Shown here piece by piece: positions 17,431-27,087 of a stretch of DNA of 64,000 bases. The DNA comes from an uncultured virus (IMG/VR IMGVR_UViG_3300031227_016742) (Duplodnaviria > Heunggongvirae > Uroviricota > Caudoviricetes), in the IMG/VR virus record IMGVR_UViG_3300031227_016742. One strand, written 5' to 3'. The notes beneath the pieces are model-generated. The model saw only the letters and a program-made list of their open reading frames with translations. It was not told the DNA's origin and ran no database searches. The position numbers and the translations under genes are program-made. Each line of letters opens with the position of its first letter. Positions within the stretch are counted from its first letter, which is position 1.

Positions 17431-18162
17431 ATGAGTGGAAACAAGAAAGTGAAGCGCCTGGTCCGTGAGCGTATGGACAGGACCGGCGAGAGCTACAGCA
17501 CGGCTCTGATGCACATCAGAGCGGCTCACGAAGGAGACGGCCAGGATGAACCCAGCCACCTGTCGTGGCTACCGCCCTACGTCACGTTGCCGGTGCCCGA
17601 GTGCGAAAGCGATGACGGTCCACGAGGGTACTGTCGCTGGTGCGGGATGAGCTACGCTCCTGATGTCCCTGCGGATATTGAACAACACCGCAGAAGGCAC
17701 GATGCCGTCACCGAGCTGGTGAGGCGTGGAGAGAAGCTCTGGCCACTCGCAGAGATCAACCTCATCGAGTTCACAGCCTATCACCGCATGAGGGATCGTC
17801 TCGATCCAGAGCGAGAGGCCGACCTGATCGAGGTCATATGCCGTTGCCACTTCCAGGCATCGATCGTACCCCCCGAAGATTCAGAGGATCACCCCCTGTT
17901 CGACAGGTACGTCAGGGCCTATAGCAACTCGACGATCTCCGTCATCAGTGACAGCTGGCCGGTGTTTCGGTCCAGGCACTCGTTCGAGCCAGACGAGGGG
18001 CTGTCACCTGGGTTCTCGCACTGGCTTCCGCCGTGCAAGGACAGGGATGGCAGAAACAGGCGCTTCGTCGAGACGTTCGAGGACGGGTTCTCGAACCCGA
18101 AACGAAGCGAAGACGCCAAGCTGTGGCTCGAGGCGTTCGGAGAGGGTTATCGCCGACGGTAG
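17431..18162 (+). CDS. hypothetical protein with C2H2-like zinc finger
   Basis: VRERMDRTGESYSTA N-terminus; CRWCGMSY...D...HRRRH. Confidence 0.65.
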   Translation: MSGNKKVKRLVRERMDRTGESYSTALMHIRAAHEGDGQDEPSHLSWLPPYVTLPVPECESDDGPRGYCRWCGMSYAPDVPADIEQHRRRHDAVTELVRRGEKLWPLAEINLIEFTAYHRMRDRLDPEREADLIEVICRCHFQASIVPPEDSEDHPLFDRYVRAYSNSTISVISDSWPVFRSRHSFEPDEGLSPGFSHWLPPCKDRDGRNRRFVETFEDGFSNPKRSEDAKLWLEAFGEGYRRR

Positions 18163-18259
18163 GCGAAGTCATCGTTCTTGGAACGACCCACCTGGCGGCA
18201 CCTTTCGAGAACGATCGCTCCCCTTCGCTGCCCAGTGAGTGTTTTTTGTGCTGGTGACG

Positions 18260-18288
18260 TTGCCACCACCAGTAGCAGGTGCTATGTT
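18260..18288 (+). promoter_or_regulatory. Promoter/operator
   Basis: TTGCCA-17-TATGTT; TGCCAC-CACCA-GTAGCA. Confidence 0.75.
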
Positions 18289-18316
18289 CTTGTCACCCAC
18301 CAGACAGGAGAACACC

Positions 18317-19858
18317 ATGCCCAGCGAAAACCCCACCGCCACCATCCACACCTCGGTCATCTGCGGCACCCAGGCCTACGCGGCCACCGTCACCGCCGAG
18401 ATCATGGACCGCCTGCCCGCGGTCCAGATCGTGGGCCTGCCGGCCAGCCGGGTGCGCGAGACCGCCGCCCGGGTGCGCTCCGCTGTCGCCGCCGCCGACA
18501 TCGAGTGGCCCCGCAAGCGCGTGGTCATCACCGTGGAGCACTATGCTCCCAGCATCGGCTCCACCACCCACCTGGACCTTCCCATCGCCATGGCCGTGCT
18601 CGTGGCCATGGGCGAGATCTCCGACGGAAAGCTGGATCACTGGCACCCCGCCGGTGAGCTGTCCCTGGCCGGCGCCCTGCGTCCCTTCTCCGGCGGCATC
18701 GCCATGGTGCGCCGCAGCTTCTCTTCGGAGACCGACCACCACCTCCCCCGCTTCCTGCTCCCCCGTGACGTGGCCGGGCGCGTCTCCCAGGTCACCGGCC
18801 TGGACGTGCTGCCCTTCGACGACCTCGCGGACGTCATCCTGTGGACCAAGGGGAAGGCCTACCGTACGCCGCTGCACGCCGGCTACATGCCCACCGACCA
18901 GACCGGACGCTGCATGAGCGAGGTGCGCGGTCAGGACAAGGCCAGGCGCGCCATGGAGATCTCCGCGGTCTGCGGTCTCCCCCTGCTGCTCGAGGGTGCC
19001 CCCGGCAGCGGCAAGACCATGCTGGCGGCTCGGATGAACGGCATCCTGCCGGCCATCAGCGAGCGCGAGCTGCTCAACTCGGCCCAGGTCCACGACGCCG
19101 CCGGCCTGATGCACGCTGGCAAGAACTCCTTCTGCCGGCCCCTCCGCGCCCCGCACCACACCATCTCCAGCGCGGGCCTCGTCGGCTTCTGCACCGGCGC
19201 CGTGCCCCGCCCCGGTGAGGCCTCCCTGGCGCATGCCGGGGTGCTGTTCCTCGACGATCTGCCCGAGTTCTCCCGTGCCGTCATCAACCAGCTGGCCTGG
19301 GTCCGAAGCAGCGTCGACAAGGAGGGTCACATCGCCTTTCACCGGGCCGCGGCCTCTGTGCGACTCCCCGCCGACTTCTCGCTGGTGGCCGCGACCAGCC
19401 CCTGCGCCTGCGGCTTCTCTGGTCATGATAGCCGCGCCTGCGCCTGCAGCGAGGCCTCCGTGGAGCGCTACCAGCAGCGGCTGAGCGGCCACGCCGAGTC
19501 CGTCGGCATCGCCATGCGCGTGGCCGTGGACCCCATCCGTTACGAGGATCTCATGGAGCTGCCCGTCGGGGACACCAGCGAGACCATCCGCGAGTACGTC
19601 TCCGAAGCCGCCATCCGCTTCCGTCGGCTGCGCAGGGACGGCACCATCACCTTCGGTGCCACCCGGCTGCTGGTCAACGACCCCCGGACCGGGCGTCCCT
19701 TCCCCGGCGGCCGCGACGCCTTCGACAAGGCCATCATCATCGCATGTGCGGTGGCCGCCCTGGATGACACCGACCATGTCTGTGAGCGTCACGTCGAGGA
19801 AGCCCTGGAGCTCCTGTGGGTCGCTGACAACGGCTCCGACGAGACCGGAGAGGAGTGA
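18317..19858 (+). CDS. comM: ComM/YifB Mg-chelatase-like AAA+ ATPase, degenerate motifs
   Basis: IVGLP...VRE, DLPIA, GELSL.G, GAPGSGKT, RAPHHT, PGEASLAH.GVLFLDD, PC.CG. Confidence 0.9.
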   Translation: MPSENPTATIHTSVICGTQAYAATVTAEIMDRLPAVQIVGLPASRVRETAARVRSAVAAADIEWPRKRVVITVEHYAPSIGSTTHLDLPIAMAVLVAMGEISDGKLDHWHPAGELSLAGALRPFSGGIAMVRRSFSSETDHHLPRFLLPRDVAGRVSQVTGLDVLPFDDLADVILWTKGKAYRTPLHAGYMPTDQTGRCMSEVRGQDKARRAMEISAVCGLPLLLEGAPGSGKTMLAARMNGILPAISERELLNSAQVHDAAGLMHAGKNSFCRPLRAPHHTISSAGLVGFCTGAVPRPGEASLAHAGVLFLDDLPEFSRAVINQLAWVRSSVDKEGHIAFHRAAASVRLPADFSLVAATSPCACGFSGHDSRACACSEASVERYQQRLSGHAESVGIAMRVAVDPIRYEDLMELPVGDTSETIREYVSEAAIRFRRLRRDGTITFGATRLLVNDPRTGRPFPGGRDAFDKAIIIACAVAALDDTDHVCERHVEEALELLWVADNGSDETGEE

Positions 19859-19861
19859 GTC

Positions 19862-20176
19862 ATGGCCCATCCAGATGCCCCCGTGGTGGCCCCCAGGGCC
19901 TTCTGTGTCGATCCGACCATGGAGTGCCTCGATCTCATGGGCATCTTGCACAAGGTCGGTCGCAGGGTCAGGACCGTCTCCTCACGGAACCCCATCAGCA
20001 TAACGACCTGCATGGTGGAAGAGCCTGGAGACGAGTCCTATGTCTGGGCGGTCATGCGTGAGCACTGGGTTCCGACACCCTGTCGAGACACCTTCGAGCG
20101 TGACGTCGCCACGCTGCACTACATTATCCGCAAAGACCTGGACCTCCCCATCGACATCGCCTGCCGCTACTCCTGA
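19862..20176 (+). CDS. hypothetical protein
   Basis: GGAG SD; shares W..M...W.PTP motif with next gene. Confidence 0.6.
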   Translation: MAHPDAPVVAPRAFCVDPTMECLDLMGILHKVGRRVRTVSSRNPISITTCMVEEPGDESYVWAVMREHWVPTPCRDTFERDVATLHYIIRKDLDLPIDIACRYS

Positions 20177-20185
20177 GACTGAACC

Positions 20186-20701
20186 ATGAACGAACCCCAC
20201 CCCGCCCGCCCCGCGCTGCCCCAGCAGAACTTCTGCATCCAGGCCACCCCCCACTCCTCCGAGTCCAGAGAGGCGCTGGCACAGCTCGAGCGCATCGCTG
20301 TCCTGGTCAACACCGTCATCGTCCCCGACCCCGACGGGACCCAGAGCATCGAGGGCGGATGGCTCCTACGGGACTGTGTGGTGGTCTGCCACGTCATCTT
20401 TCGCAGTCAGGAGATCTTCGCCTGGGAGCTGATGAAGCGCTTCTGGATCCCGACCCCCGGGTGGTTGGATCTCGATGAGGTCGCCGCCGGCCTGACACCG
20501 GACAAGCCCGAGACCGAACAGCCCGAGGCTCCGCCGGCCGCGACGCCTGTTGTCCCCGAGACGGTCGGCCAGCTGATTCAGCTGCTCGCGGGCATCGGGC
20601 CGGACAAAAAGCTCCGCTTCACCACGAACAGCGAGGGAGACCTGTCCTGGTACGGCCACGAGCTGGACGAGGACACGCTGGTGTTGTCGTTCGACACGTA
20701 G
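20186..20701 (+). CDS. hypothetical protein
   Basis: ORF in operon. Confidence 0.6.
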   Translation: MNEPHPARPALPQQNFCIQATPHSSESREALAQLERIAVLVNTVIVPDPDGTQSIEGGWLLRDCVVVCHVIFRSQEIFAWELMKRFWIPTPGWLDLDEVAAGLTPDKPETEQPEAPPAATPVVPETVGQLIQLLAGIGPDKKLRFTTNSEGDLSWYGHELDEDTLVLSFDT

Positions 20702-20738
20702 GATGGCGAAGCCTCTATCGAAGAGGTAGGATTGGACC

Positions 20739-21617
20739 ATGATCCTGCTCTTGGCCCCCCTCACCATCGTCTTCTCCCTGCTGAGCGAGCGGGAGCGTAT
20801 CGACGCTGTCGAGACGGTGGACAAGTCCTTGTCCGATGCCCTGTTCGGGCCCCCGGCCCACCGGGCTCTCGTTCTGATGGACGAGGACGCCGCGATTTCA
20901 TCGTGGTGGAGCCCTTCGATCTGGGACGAACAACCGGCAACGAAGCTGTCTCCCGGCTGGAGCGATGAGCTTCGAGCCTACCTGCGGGACATCGACCTCC
21001 CAGAAGGGTGGAAGTCACTGCTGACCAGGATGTGCGACCAGGCCCATAAACACGGTGGGGCTTGCCGCTACCACGACCCGGTCGAGACGATCCATCCACA
21101 CCGTCTGATGTACGAGTCTCTCGCTGACTTGGAAGACGCTTCCGATCGGGACACGTGGGCAGAGCTCGAGCCGTCCAGACGCATGTTCGTTCGGGCCACC
21201 TCCTTGCTCGAGCGCTTCGTTCCAGGTATTCGTTTTCATGGTGGTGCGGGAACCAGTCACATGAAGACCTGGTGGTCGGCACAGGAGGGTCTGACCCTCG
21301 AGTCGAGGAAAGATCCGTTCCTGGAGAGTTTCCCGTTCCCCGTCTGGACCGACGGAGAGTACGTGCTTGTCATGGAGCCTTGGATGGGGGAGTGTCTGGA
21401 GCTTAGGCCCGAGCTGGACGAGGCCTGCAGCGTGGCTTGGAATGCCAAGGATCTACGCGAGGTCGTTCGCGTCATGCTGGCCGAGGCACGCACTCGCGAA
21501 GAAGAAAAAGGCCTGAACAGGCCCATCGCAGAGCTCTGGATCCCGACTTGTTCGAGCGCGGATCACATCTTCCTACAGATCTCCGTCTACCGAGTGCCGT
21601 CACATGCCATCCGTTGA
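20739..21617 (+). CDS. hypothetical protein with hydrophobic leader
   Basis: MILLLAPLTIVFSLLS; TAGGAT 6 nt upstream of ATG. Confidence 0.65.
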   Translation: MILLLAPLTIVFSLLSERERIDAVETVDKSLSDALFGPPAHRALVLMDEDAAISSWWSPSIWDEQPATKLSPGWSDELRAYLRDIDLPEGWKSLLTRMCDQAHKHGGACRYHDPVETIHPHRLMYESLADLEDASDRDTWAELEPSRRMFVRATSLLERFVPGIRFHGGAGTSHMKTWWSAQEGLTLESRKDPFLESFPFPVWTDGEYVLVMEPWMGECLELRPELDEACSVAWNAKDLREVVRVMLAEARTREEEKGLNRPIAELWIPTCSSADHIFLQISVYRVPSHAIR

Positions 21618-22260
21618 CCGCTTCACCGTCTCCCCCCAGGAAGTCCGTGGCAAGATCGAGACCGCCCTGGACGGAGCCATCACCATCGCCAGGACCTACG
21701 GTGAGCAGTTCGAGCAGGCCGCCAAGCGCTATGAGCTCGACCCTCTCTACCTCATCGCCATCGCCGCGGTGGAGACCTCTGGGCTCGACAAGTGGATCTC
21801 GGGACCCGGAACGAGCGCCGTTGGCGCTGCCGGAATCGGCCAGTTCATGCCCTCCACTTGGAGCGAGATCTCCGCCAAGGTGTATGGCTCCGCCCTCCCC
21901 CAGCAGGACCGCTTCGACCCGGACAAGGCCATCCCCGTGCTCGCTCGCTACGTGCACGACCTGCTGTCCCTGTCGTGGGTAGACACGCTGACCGAGGCGG
22001 CCGCGGCCTACAACTGGGGCATGGGCAACGTGAGGAAGCTCAAGGACGGGCGCCTGTCGGCCATGCCCGCCGAGACCGCCCGCTACGTGCCCACCGTGAT
22101 GGGGGTCTACACCGACCTGGAGACCATGGCACAGGGTCAGCACGGATCCGCTGGGGTCGGCCCACGGCCCGAAAGCGGTGGAGGCGGTGGGGGTGGTGTC
22201 GCCATCCTGGCGCTGCTGGGCCTGGGAGCCGCGGCGGCTATCCTGAAGCGGCCACGGTAG
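21604..22260 (+). CDS. Lytic transglycosylase (SLT) with C-terminal membrane anchor
   Basis: IAAVETSG, GAAGIGQFMPST, AAAYNWG, ETARYV; Gly run plus TM plus KRPR. Confidence 0.9.
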   Translation: MPSVDRFTVSPQEVRGKIETALDGAITIARTYGEQFEQAAKRYELDPLYLIAIAAVETSGLDKWISGPGTSAVGAAGIGQFMPSTWSEISAKVYGSALPQQDRFDPDKAIPVLARYVHDLLSLSWVDTLTEAAAAYNWGMGNVRKLKDGRLSAMPAETARYVPTVMGVYTDLETMAQGQHGSAGVGPRPESGGGGGGGVAILALLGLGAAAAILKRPR

Positions 22261-22316
22261 ATACCGATCACCCGCTGCTGGGCTTGCGCTCTCTCCTGAC
22301 GCTCTTCCTGTCCGTC

Positions 22317-22691
22317 TTAGCTGTTGACCAGATCCGAGACGAAGTCCTCTCCAGCGTCCTCCATCTCCTTCTTGAAGACCATGGCCGCGGACCTGATGCT
22401 CGCTCCGATCATCGGATAACGGTTCCCGTCCGGACCCGTCGTGGTCTCGTTGATGAACTTGTGGCCCCCGGTGTCGTACAGGGAAGCTGCAGCCAAGAGC
22501 ACGACGCTCCTGGCGAACGACGGCTCCAGGTCCGTGAGCTCGAGCGATTCTCCCTTGACGAACGCCATGTGGCGAAGCGCTCCGACCACCTTCTTCATCC
22601 GCTCGATGGGGACCGCGAGCGCCATGGCGGTGGCACCGTACAGCGCGAACACGATGGCCATGGACGCCATAGCGGCGAGAGGCGGCGTCAT
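22317..22691 (-). CDS. hypothetical protein
   Basis: ORF. Confidence 0.55.
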   Translation of the reverse strand: MTPPLAAMASMAIVFALYGATAMALAVPIERMKKVVGALRHMAFVKGESLELTDLEPSFARSVVLLAAASLYDTGGHKFINETTTGPDGNRYPMIGASIRSAAMVFKKEMEDAGEDFVSDLVNS

Positions 22692-22715
22692 CTTCTTGGG
22701 AGCGTTCTTCTCCAG

Positions 22716-23042
22716 TCACCTGGAGTCTGCGCGGTTTCTATACATTTGAGCCAGGAACTGTTCACCGTCCCGGACCACCTTCTCTCCCATGTCGAGGGCC
22801 GCCCTGATGGCCCGTTGCTGCTGCGTCACCTTCAGGGCTCCCCGGTCCGGGCCGAAGCCCCAGGTGCTGTGTCCGCTCACGACCACGCCTGCGACGAGCA
22901 GGTCATCGGAGACCTCATCGAGCCACTCGGAGATCCAGGAGAGCTCGCTCGGGTCGATCTCCTCGACCCTCTCGACTCCGGCGATCTCCATCAGCTCTTC
23001 GATGAAGTCCTGCTTTGCCTGCTCTTCCATGGAATCGATCAT
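22716..23042 (-). CDS. hypothetical protein
   Basis: AGGAG SD. Confidence 0.65.
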   Translation of the reverse strand: MIDSMEEQAKQDFIEELMEIAGVERVEEIDPSELSWISEWLDEVSDDLLVAGVVVSGHSTWGFGPDRGALKVTQQQRAIRAALDMGEKVVRDGEQFLAQMYRNRADSR

Positions 23043-23159
23043 CGTGGTTCTCCTGTCTTGGTACTTGGAGGATAACATGGGTCGCTTCCGGAAGTTTGCG
23101 GAAGATTCCGGAAACGATCCTCACGATCGGTCGCGTACTGGTCTTTTTTTATGGTGAGC

Positions 23160-23188
23160 TTGCCACTGCTGGTAGCAGGTGCTATATG
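23160..23188 (+). promoter_or_regulatory. Promoter/operator
   Basis: TTGCCA-17-TATATG; TGCCAC-TGCTG-GTAGCA. Confidence 0.75.
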
Positions 23189-23220
23189 TGTTTCACCTTC
23201 ACCGGACAGGAGAACACACC

Positions 23221-24684
23221 ATGGCCAGCAAGACCCCCGCCTTCGAGATCATCGGCGCAGAAGCCCTCACCACCGGCGCCGTGCTCGACACGCTCCGCTT
23301 CACCGAAGGCGAAGGCCTCTCCGGTGCGAAGTGGACCGCCGAGCTGACCTCTCTCGTCCCCGGCCATGTCCCTGCCGACCTGTCCAGCGGCATCTACCTG
23401 GTGGAAGAGTACAAGCTGCCCTACCTGGTCGAGCGCCTGGGCAAGCTCCATCGTGTCGCCGCCAAGCTGGGCTGTGAGGCCCCCACCTGCTTCGCCATCG
23501 GCTGGGCCTCCCGCAAGGTCAGCCGCCGTGATGGTATCGATGCCGTCCGTGAGGTCACCCTCCGCCGGGTCATCATCTCCGTCACCGGCACGGCCCCGAA
23601 GCTGTCCGAAGACTGGGCCTTCGTCGCCACCATCGAGCACACCTTCCTCGAAGGTGAGTGGCTCAACATCCTGTTCACCTCTCCCAGCTGGGAAGGCGGC
23701 GACCTGCCCAAGAAGTTCCGCACCGACGGACCCTCCTGCGACCACTGCGGCAAGCACGTGCGCCGCAACAACACCTACGTGCTGTTCAACGAGGACCGCG
23801 GCTTCGTCCGGGTCGGCTCCACCTGCATCCGCGACTTCCTCGGCCACGTCAATCCCAGCCACATCGCCTCCCTGGCTGCCTTCGTGCGCGAGATCGCCGG
23901 GTGCCTCGAGGACGACGAGGGTGGCGGCTGGGGCGGCCGCGTGACGGAGATGACCGGCGTGGTGGACATGGTCGCTGCGGTCACCGTGGCCGCCGAAGAG
24001 GACGGCTGGCTGTCCCGCGGCAAGGCCCGCGACAGCGAGTACGACGCCACCGCCGACATCGCCTGGCGCCAGGAGATGATCCGCAAGGGCTACGCCGAGC
24101 GCGCCAAGGGCGAGAGTGCACCCCCCGTCATCACCGAAGATCACCTCACCTTCGCCCGCGACGCCGTGGCCTGGGCCCGGGACATCGAGCCGGACACCGA
24201 CAGTGACTACCTGCACAACCTGCGGGTGTCCTGCATGGGCGCCTACGTCGTCCTCGAGACCGCCGGCATCGTGGGCTCGGCCTACATCGCCTACCGCAAC
24301 GACCTCGAGCGTGAGGCCAAGCGTAGCGAGCTGGACAAGGTCCGCGGCGGCTCCCGTCACTTCGCCACCAAGGGCGACAAGATCGGCCGCAAGCTCACCG
24401 CCAAGAACAAGCGCGACGGCTGCACGGCCTACGCCGCCATGGACGTCGAGCTCGTCTCCAGCTTCCAGATCCAGACCGACTTCGGCATCTCCACCATCAT
24501 GGAGTTCCTGGTGCTCGAAGGTGAGCAGCAGGGCTGCGTCCTCAAGTGGTTCTGCTCCAGCCCCGACTCGAGCCTCGTCGGCTCCCGCTTCTCCCTGGCG
24601 GCCACCGTCAAGGGCCGCGACGAGTACAAGGGCAACCTGCAGACCCTCATCAACCGGGCGGTGCTCACGCCGCTGGAGGCCTGA
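23221..24684 (+). CDS. Large-phage-type hypothetical protein (CDHC zinc motif, possible C-terminal OB-like domain)
   Basis: CDHCG..RRN.TY...VGSTC..DFLG; strong C-ending codon bias. Confidence 0.8.
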   Translation: MASKTPAFEIIGAEALTTGAVLDTLRFTEGEGLSGAKWTAELTSLVPGHVPADLSSGIYLVEEYKLPYLVERLGKLHRVAAKLGCEAPTCFAIGWASRKVSRRDGIDAVREVTLRRVIISVTGTAPKLSEDWAFVATIEHTFLEGEWLNILFTSPSWEGGDLPKKFRTDGPSCDHCGKHVRRNNTYVLFNEDRGFVRVGSTCIRDFLGHVNPSHIASLAAFVREIAGCLEDDEGGGWGGRVTEMTGVVDMVAAVTVAAEEDGWLSRGKARDSEYDATADIAWRQEMIRKGYAERAKGESAPPVITEDHLTFARDAVAWARDIEPDTDSDYLHNLRVSCMGAYVVLETAGIVGSAYIAYRNDLEREAKRSELDKVRGGSRHFATKGDKIGRKLTAKNKRDGCTAYAAMDVELVSSFQIQTDFGISTIMEFLVLEGEQQGCVLKWFCSSPDSSLVGSRFSLAATVKGRDEYKGNLQTLINRAVLTPLEA

Positions 24685-24785
24685 TGATTCGTTTCATCAC
24701 CAACGCCCTCACGGCCATCGTCCTGATGGTCATCATCACTGACCTGGTCACCCGCGGCATGTTCGGCATGCGCATCGACTGCTGA
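24684..24785 (+). CDS. small membrane protein
   Basis: TGATG coupling; hydrophobic 33 aa. Confidence 0.5.
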   Translation: MIRFITNALTAIVLMVIITDLVTRGMFGMRIDC

Positions 24786-24796
24786 CGGAACCCATC

Positions 24797-25294
24797 ATGT
24801 CCACTGTCCCCGATTCGAACAGAGAAGTCTTTCTCACCGATATGGGTCCCTACTTCGAGCTGGCTCGTGAGCTCGGAGAGATCTTGGTTCGAGGCCTGGT
24901 GGATGTCGGAGCCATCGACGCCGACAAGCCCGTCGCCCACGGAAACGGCGTCAGCATCGTGGCAGACAAGCTGCTCGCCGATGGTTGCTGGCCGTGGGTC
25001 GAGGTCCGTCACCGGGTAGGCGTGGGCTTCGAGTTCGGGGGACTCACCTGCCACATGCGCATGACGGTGGCGCTGTACGGAATGCGTAGTCGCACTATCG
25101 ACGCGCTGCACCTGAAGGTCGCGATCCACTACCAGGACCTCGCCGGCTACAGCCATGACCCCGACGATGAGTACGATCTCGGCTGTGAGAGCTTCATCGA
25201 CGGCTGGAGAGAGGCAAGGGCCCACTGGCTGAGGATGCACGCCGATAAGAGCGCGGATCTCGCCAGAGCCGCCCACCCCCTCAGCGGCATGTAG
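24797..25294 (+). CDS. hypothetical protein
   Basis: ORF; similar layout to next gene. Confidence 0.65.
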   Translation: MSTVPDSNREVFLTDMGPYFELARELGEILVRGLVDVGAIDADKPVAHGNGVSIVADKLLADGCWPWVEVRHRVGVGFEFGGLTCHMRMTVALYGMRSRTIDALHLKVAIHYQDLAGYSHDPDDEYDLGCESFIDGWREARAHWLRMHADKSADLARAAHPLSGM

Positions 25295-25310
25295 CCGCAG
25301 GAGCCAGACC

Positions 25311-25799
25311 ATGAAGCCCAGCCCACGCAACATCCTCTTCATCAAGGATCTCGAGTTCGCCGTAGAGCTCGCTGACACCTTGCGCTCGGGCCTGACCGCC
25401 CTCGGTCACAAAGGGCTCGACGGCAGCTTCATCACCAAGCCTCGGACGACGCAGGACCCTCCCTCTCGCCTCGACTGGATCGAGGTGAGCACGACTCTCG
25501 ACTTTGGCTTCAGCGACAACTTGCCGGTCAGGGCCAAGGTGACCCTGCTGGGGACCGACATGTACGCCCACGGAAGCGACGAGTTCTCCACCAACCGCTT
25601 CAAAGTGGTCATCGAGGCGCTCGGCGTGCGGGCCTTCAGCGCGGACCCAGACGACATCTACGGCTCCGATGCTTCCAGCGTCGACAGCTTCGCCGAGGCG
25701 TGGAAAGCTGCCATGGAAAACTGGTGCACGACCGTGATTCGCCAACACACCATGCTGGCCATCGTCTCCGTTGGGCTCAACGGGAAGAGCAAGGGGTGA
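25311..25799 (+). CDS. hypothetical protein
   Basis: AGGAG SD. Confidence 0.7.
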   Translation: MKPSPRNILFIKDLEFAVELADTLRSGLTALGHKGLDGSFITKPRTTQDPPSRLDWIEVSTTLDFGFSDNLPVRAKVTLLGTDMYAHGSDEFSTNRFKVVIEALGVRAFSADPDDIYGSDASSVDSFAEAWKAAMENWCTTVIRQHTMLAIVSVGLNGKSKG

Positions 25800-25803
25800 T
25801 ATC

Positions 25804-26181
25804 ATGTCACGCTCGTCTCCGCCGATCGACGATGGTTCGTGCTTTGGCTCTGGTCCTTCTCATGACCGCTGTCCTGACTGTCAGGAGCTGGTGCTTGTCG
25901 TACACGGAAACCGTCTCGGCTTCCGTGGCCCCCTGGGTTTCGAAGAGTACATCGTCCCCCACGAGCGGCCAGATGGATCTTCGTGCCCCAAAGGCGGGAG
26001 CCAGCGCGAGGCCCCGAAGCCCCCACGCATCACATCTTGGCCCGATGGCGCCCTGCGATGCCCCGTGTGCACGTCTCCCAAGACACCCGCCGAGGGCCTC
26101 CACCCGTGGACAGCGGTGCCCGGTGTCCGCTGCAGGACCTGCGGTTTCCATGTCCCCACCCATCCCGAGGAGACACCATGA
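25804..26181 (+). CDS. zinc-ribbon protein (several CxxC)
   Basis: CPDC, CPVC, CRTC. Confidence 0.6.
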   Translation: MSRSSPPIDDGSCFGSGPSHDRCPDCQELVLVVHGNRLGFRGPLGFEEYIVPHERPDGSSCPKGGSQREAPKPPRITSWPDGALRCPVCTSPKTPAEGLHPWTAVPGVRCRTCGFHVPTHPEETP

Positions 26182-26528
26182 AGCTGTCCGAATGGATCAT
26201 CCTGTACAACTACTGTGCCTGCCGCGTGCCGGAGGGTGCCGACCCGATGGTGGTGGCCAACCGCATCGCCATGATCGAGAAGACCCCCAGGGTCCGAGTC
26301 GATGGCCCCGATGCGCGCCTGTCCTTCTCGGACAAGGTCCCCTACCGCAACCACGACGGCTCCTACTGGATGTTTGGCCCCAAGGGCAGCTCTTGCTCCG
26401 GTGAAGGCAGCCCGCAGGAGCGTGGTGGCTACGGCTTCTACGAGCCCAGCCGCGTCTGGTGTGACCGTGCCCTGCTCGAGCTGGGCCACGAGGTCCCCAA
26501 CCCTGTCATCGCGCACGGAGGTGAATGA
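26178..26528 (+). CDS. hypothetical protein
   Basis: GAGGAG SD, ATGA overlap. Confidence 0.7.
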   Translation: MKLSEWIILYNYCACRVPEGADPMVVANRIAMIEKTPRVRVDGPDARLSFSDKVPYRNHDGSYWMFGPKGSSCSGEGSPQERGGYGFYEPSRVWCDRALLELGHEVPNPVIAHGGE

Positions 26529-26878
26529 TGATCAAGAAGACCCTCACGGAAGCAGAAGCCGTGGCCGAGATGGAACGCGTCACGAAGATGTTCGACGAAC
26601 GAGGTGTCGAGTTCGAGCCGATGACGATCGACGCGGCCGATGTCGAGAGGAACCAGGCGCCTGCCACGATCAGGTTCATGAAAGCCGCCGACCCTCACTC
26701 GCTCAACATCATGCGTGGCGGCAAGGACTGGACAGGTGAGGACCTGGGCTTCATCCAGTGGCACCCGGGGCGCCCACCGCGGATGGTGATCATGGGACCC
26801 ATCACCGAGATCGCTCTGTCCGAGCTGCGCCAGATCATCGAGCGTCTGCAGGACGAGCACTCCAGGAGCACGTCATGA
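26525..26878 (+). CDS. hypothetical protein
   Basis: GGAGG SD, overlap coupling. Confidence 0.7.
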   Translation: MMIKKTLTEAEAVAEMERVTKMFDERGVEFEPMTIDAADVERNQAPATIRFMKAADPHSLNIMRGGKDWTGEDLGFIQWHPGRPPRMVIMGPITEIALSELRQIIERLQDEHSRSTS

Positions 26879-27087
26879 AGCTCCGCATCAACGGAATCCC
26901 ATGCAGGCTCGTTCGAAAGAAGGGCCGCAACCTCGTCATGATGCCCAGCGCCCCGTTCTGGATGCCGAGAATCCTTCGATGGCCATTCGGTCTGATCGAT
27001 CGTCTGGATCGACACAACCCTTGGGCCTGGATCCCCCTCGAGCCACGGTCACCTGACCACGGAACTCGCGAGAAGAGCGAGCCATGA
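26875..27087 (+). CDS. hypothetical protein
   Basis: AGGAG SD, ATGA overlap. Confidence 0.55.
   Translation: MKLRINGIPCRLVRKKGRNLVMMPSAPFWMPRILRWPFGLIDRLDRHNPWAWIPLEPRSPDHGTREKSEP

Noticed and set aside
18317..19858. Host comM disrupted by an integrated element
   Set aside because: ORF is uninterrupted and carries the element's own promoter cassette
18293..19951. Long antisense ORFs (also 3119-4489, 23182-24360, 27385-28950, 31309-32544, 52444-53952)
   Set aside because: Shadow frames expected opposite GC3-rich genes; no motifs or SD
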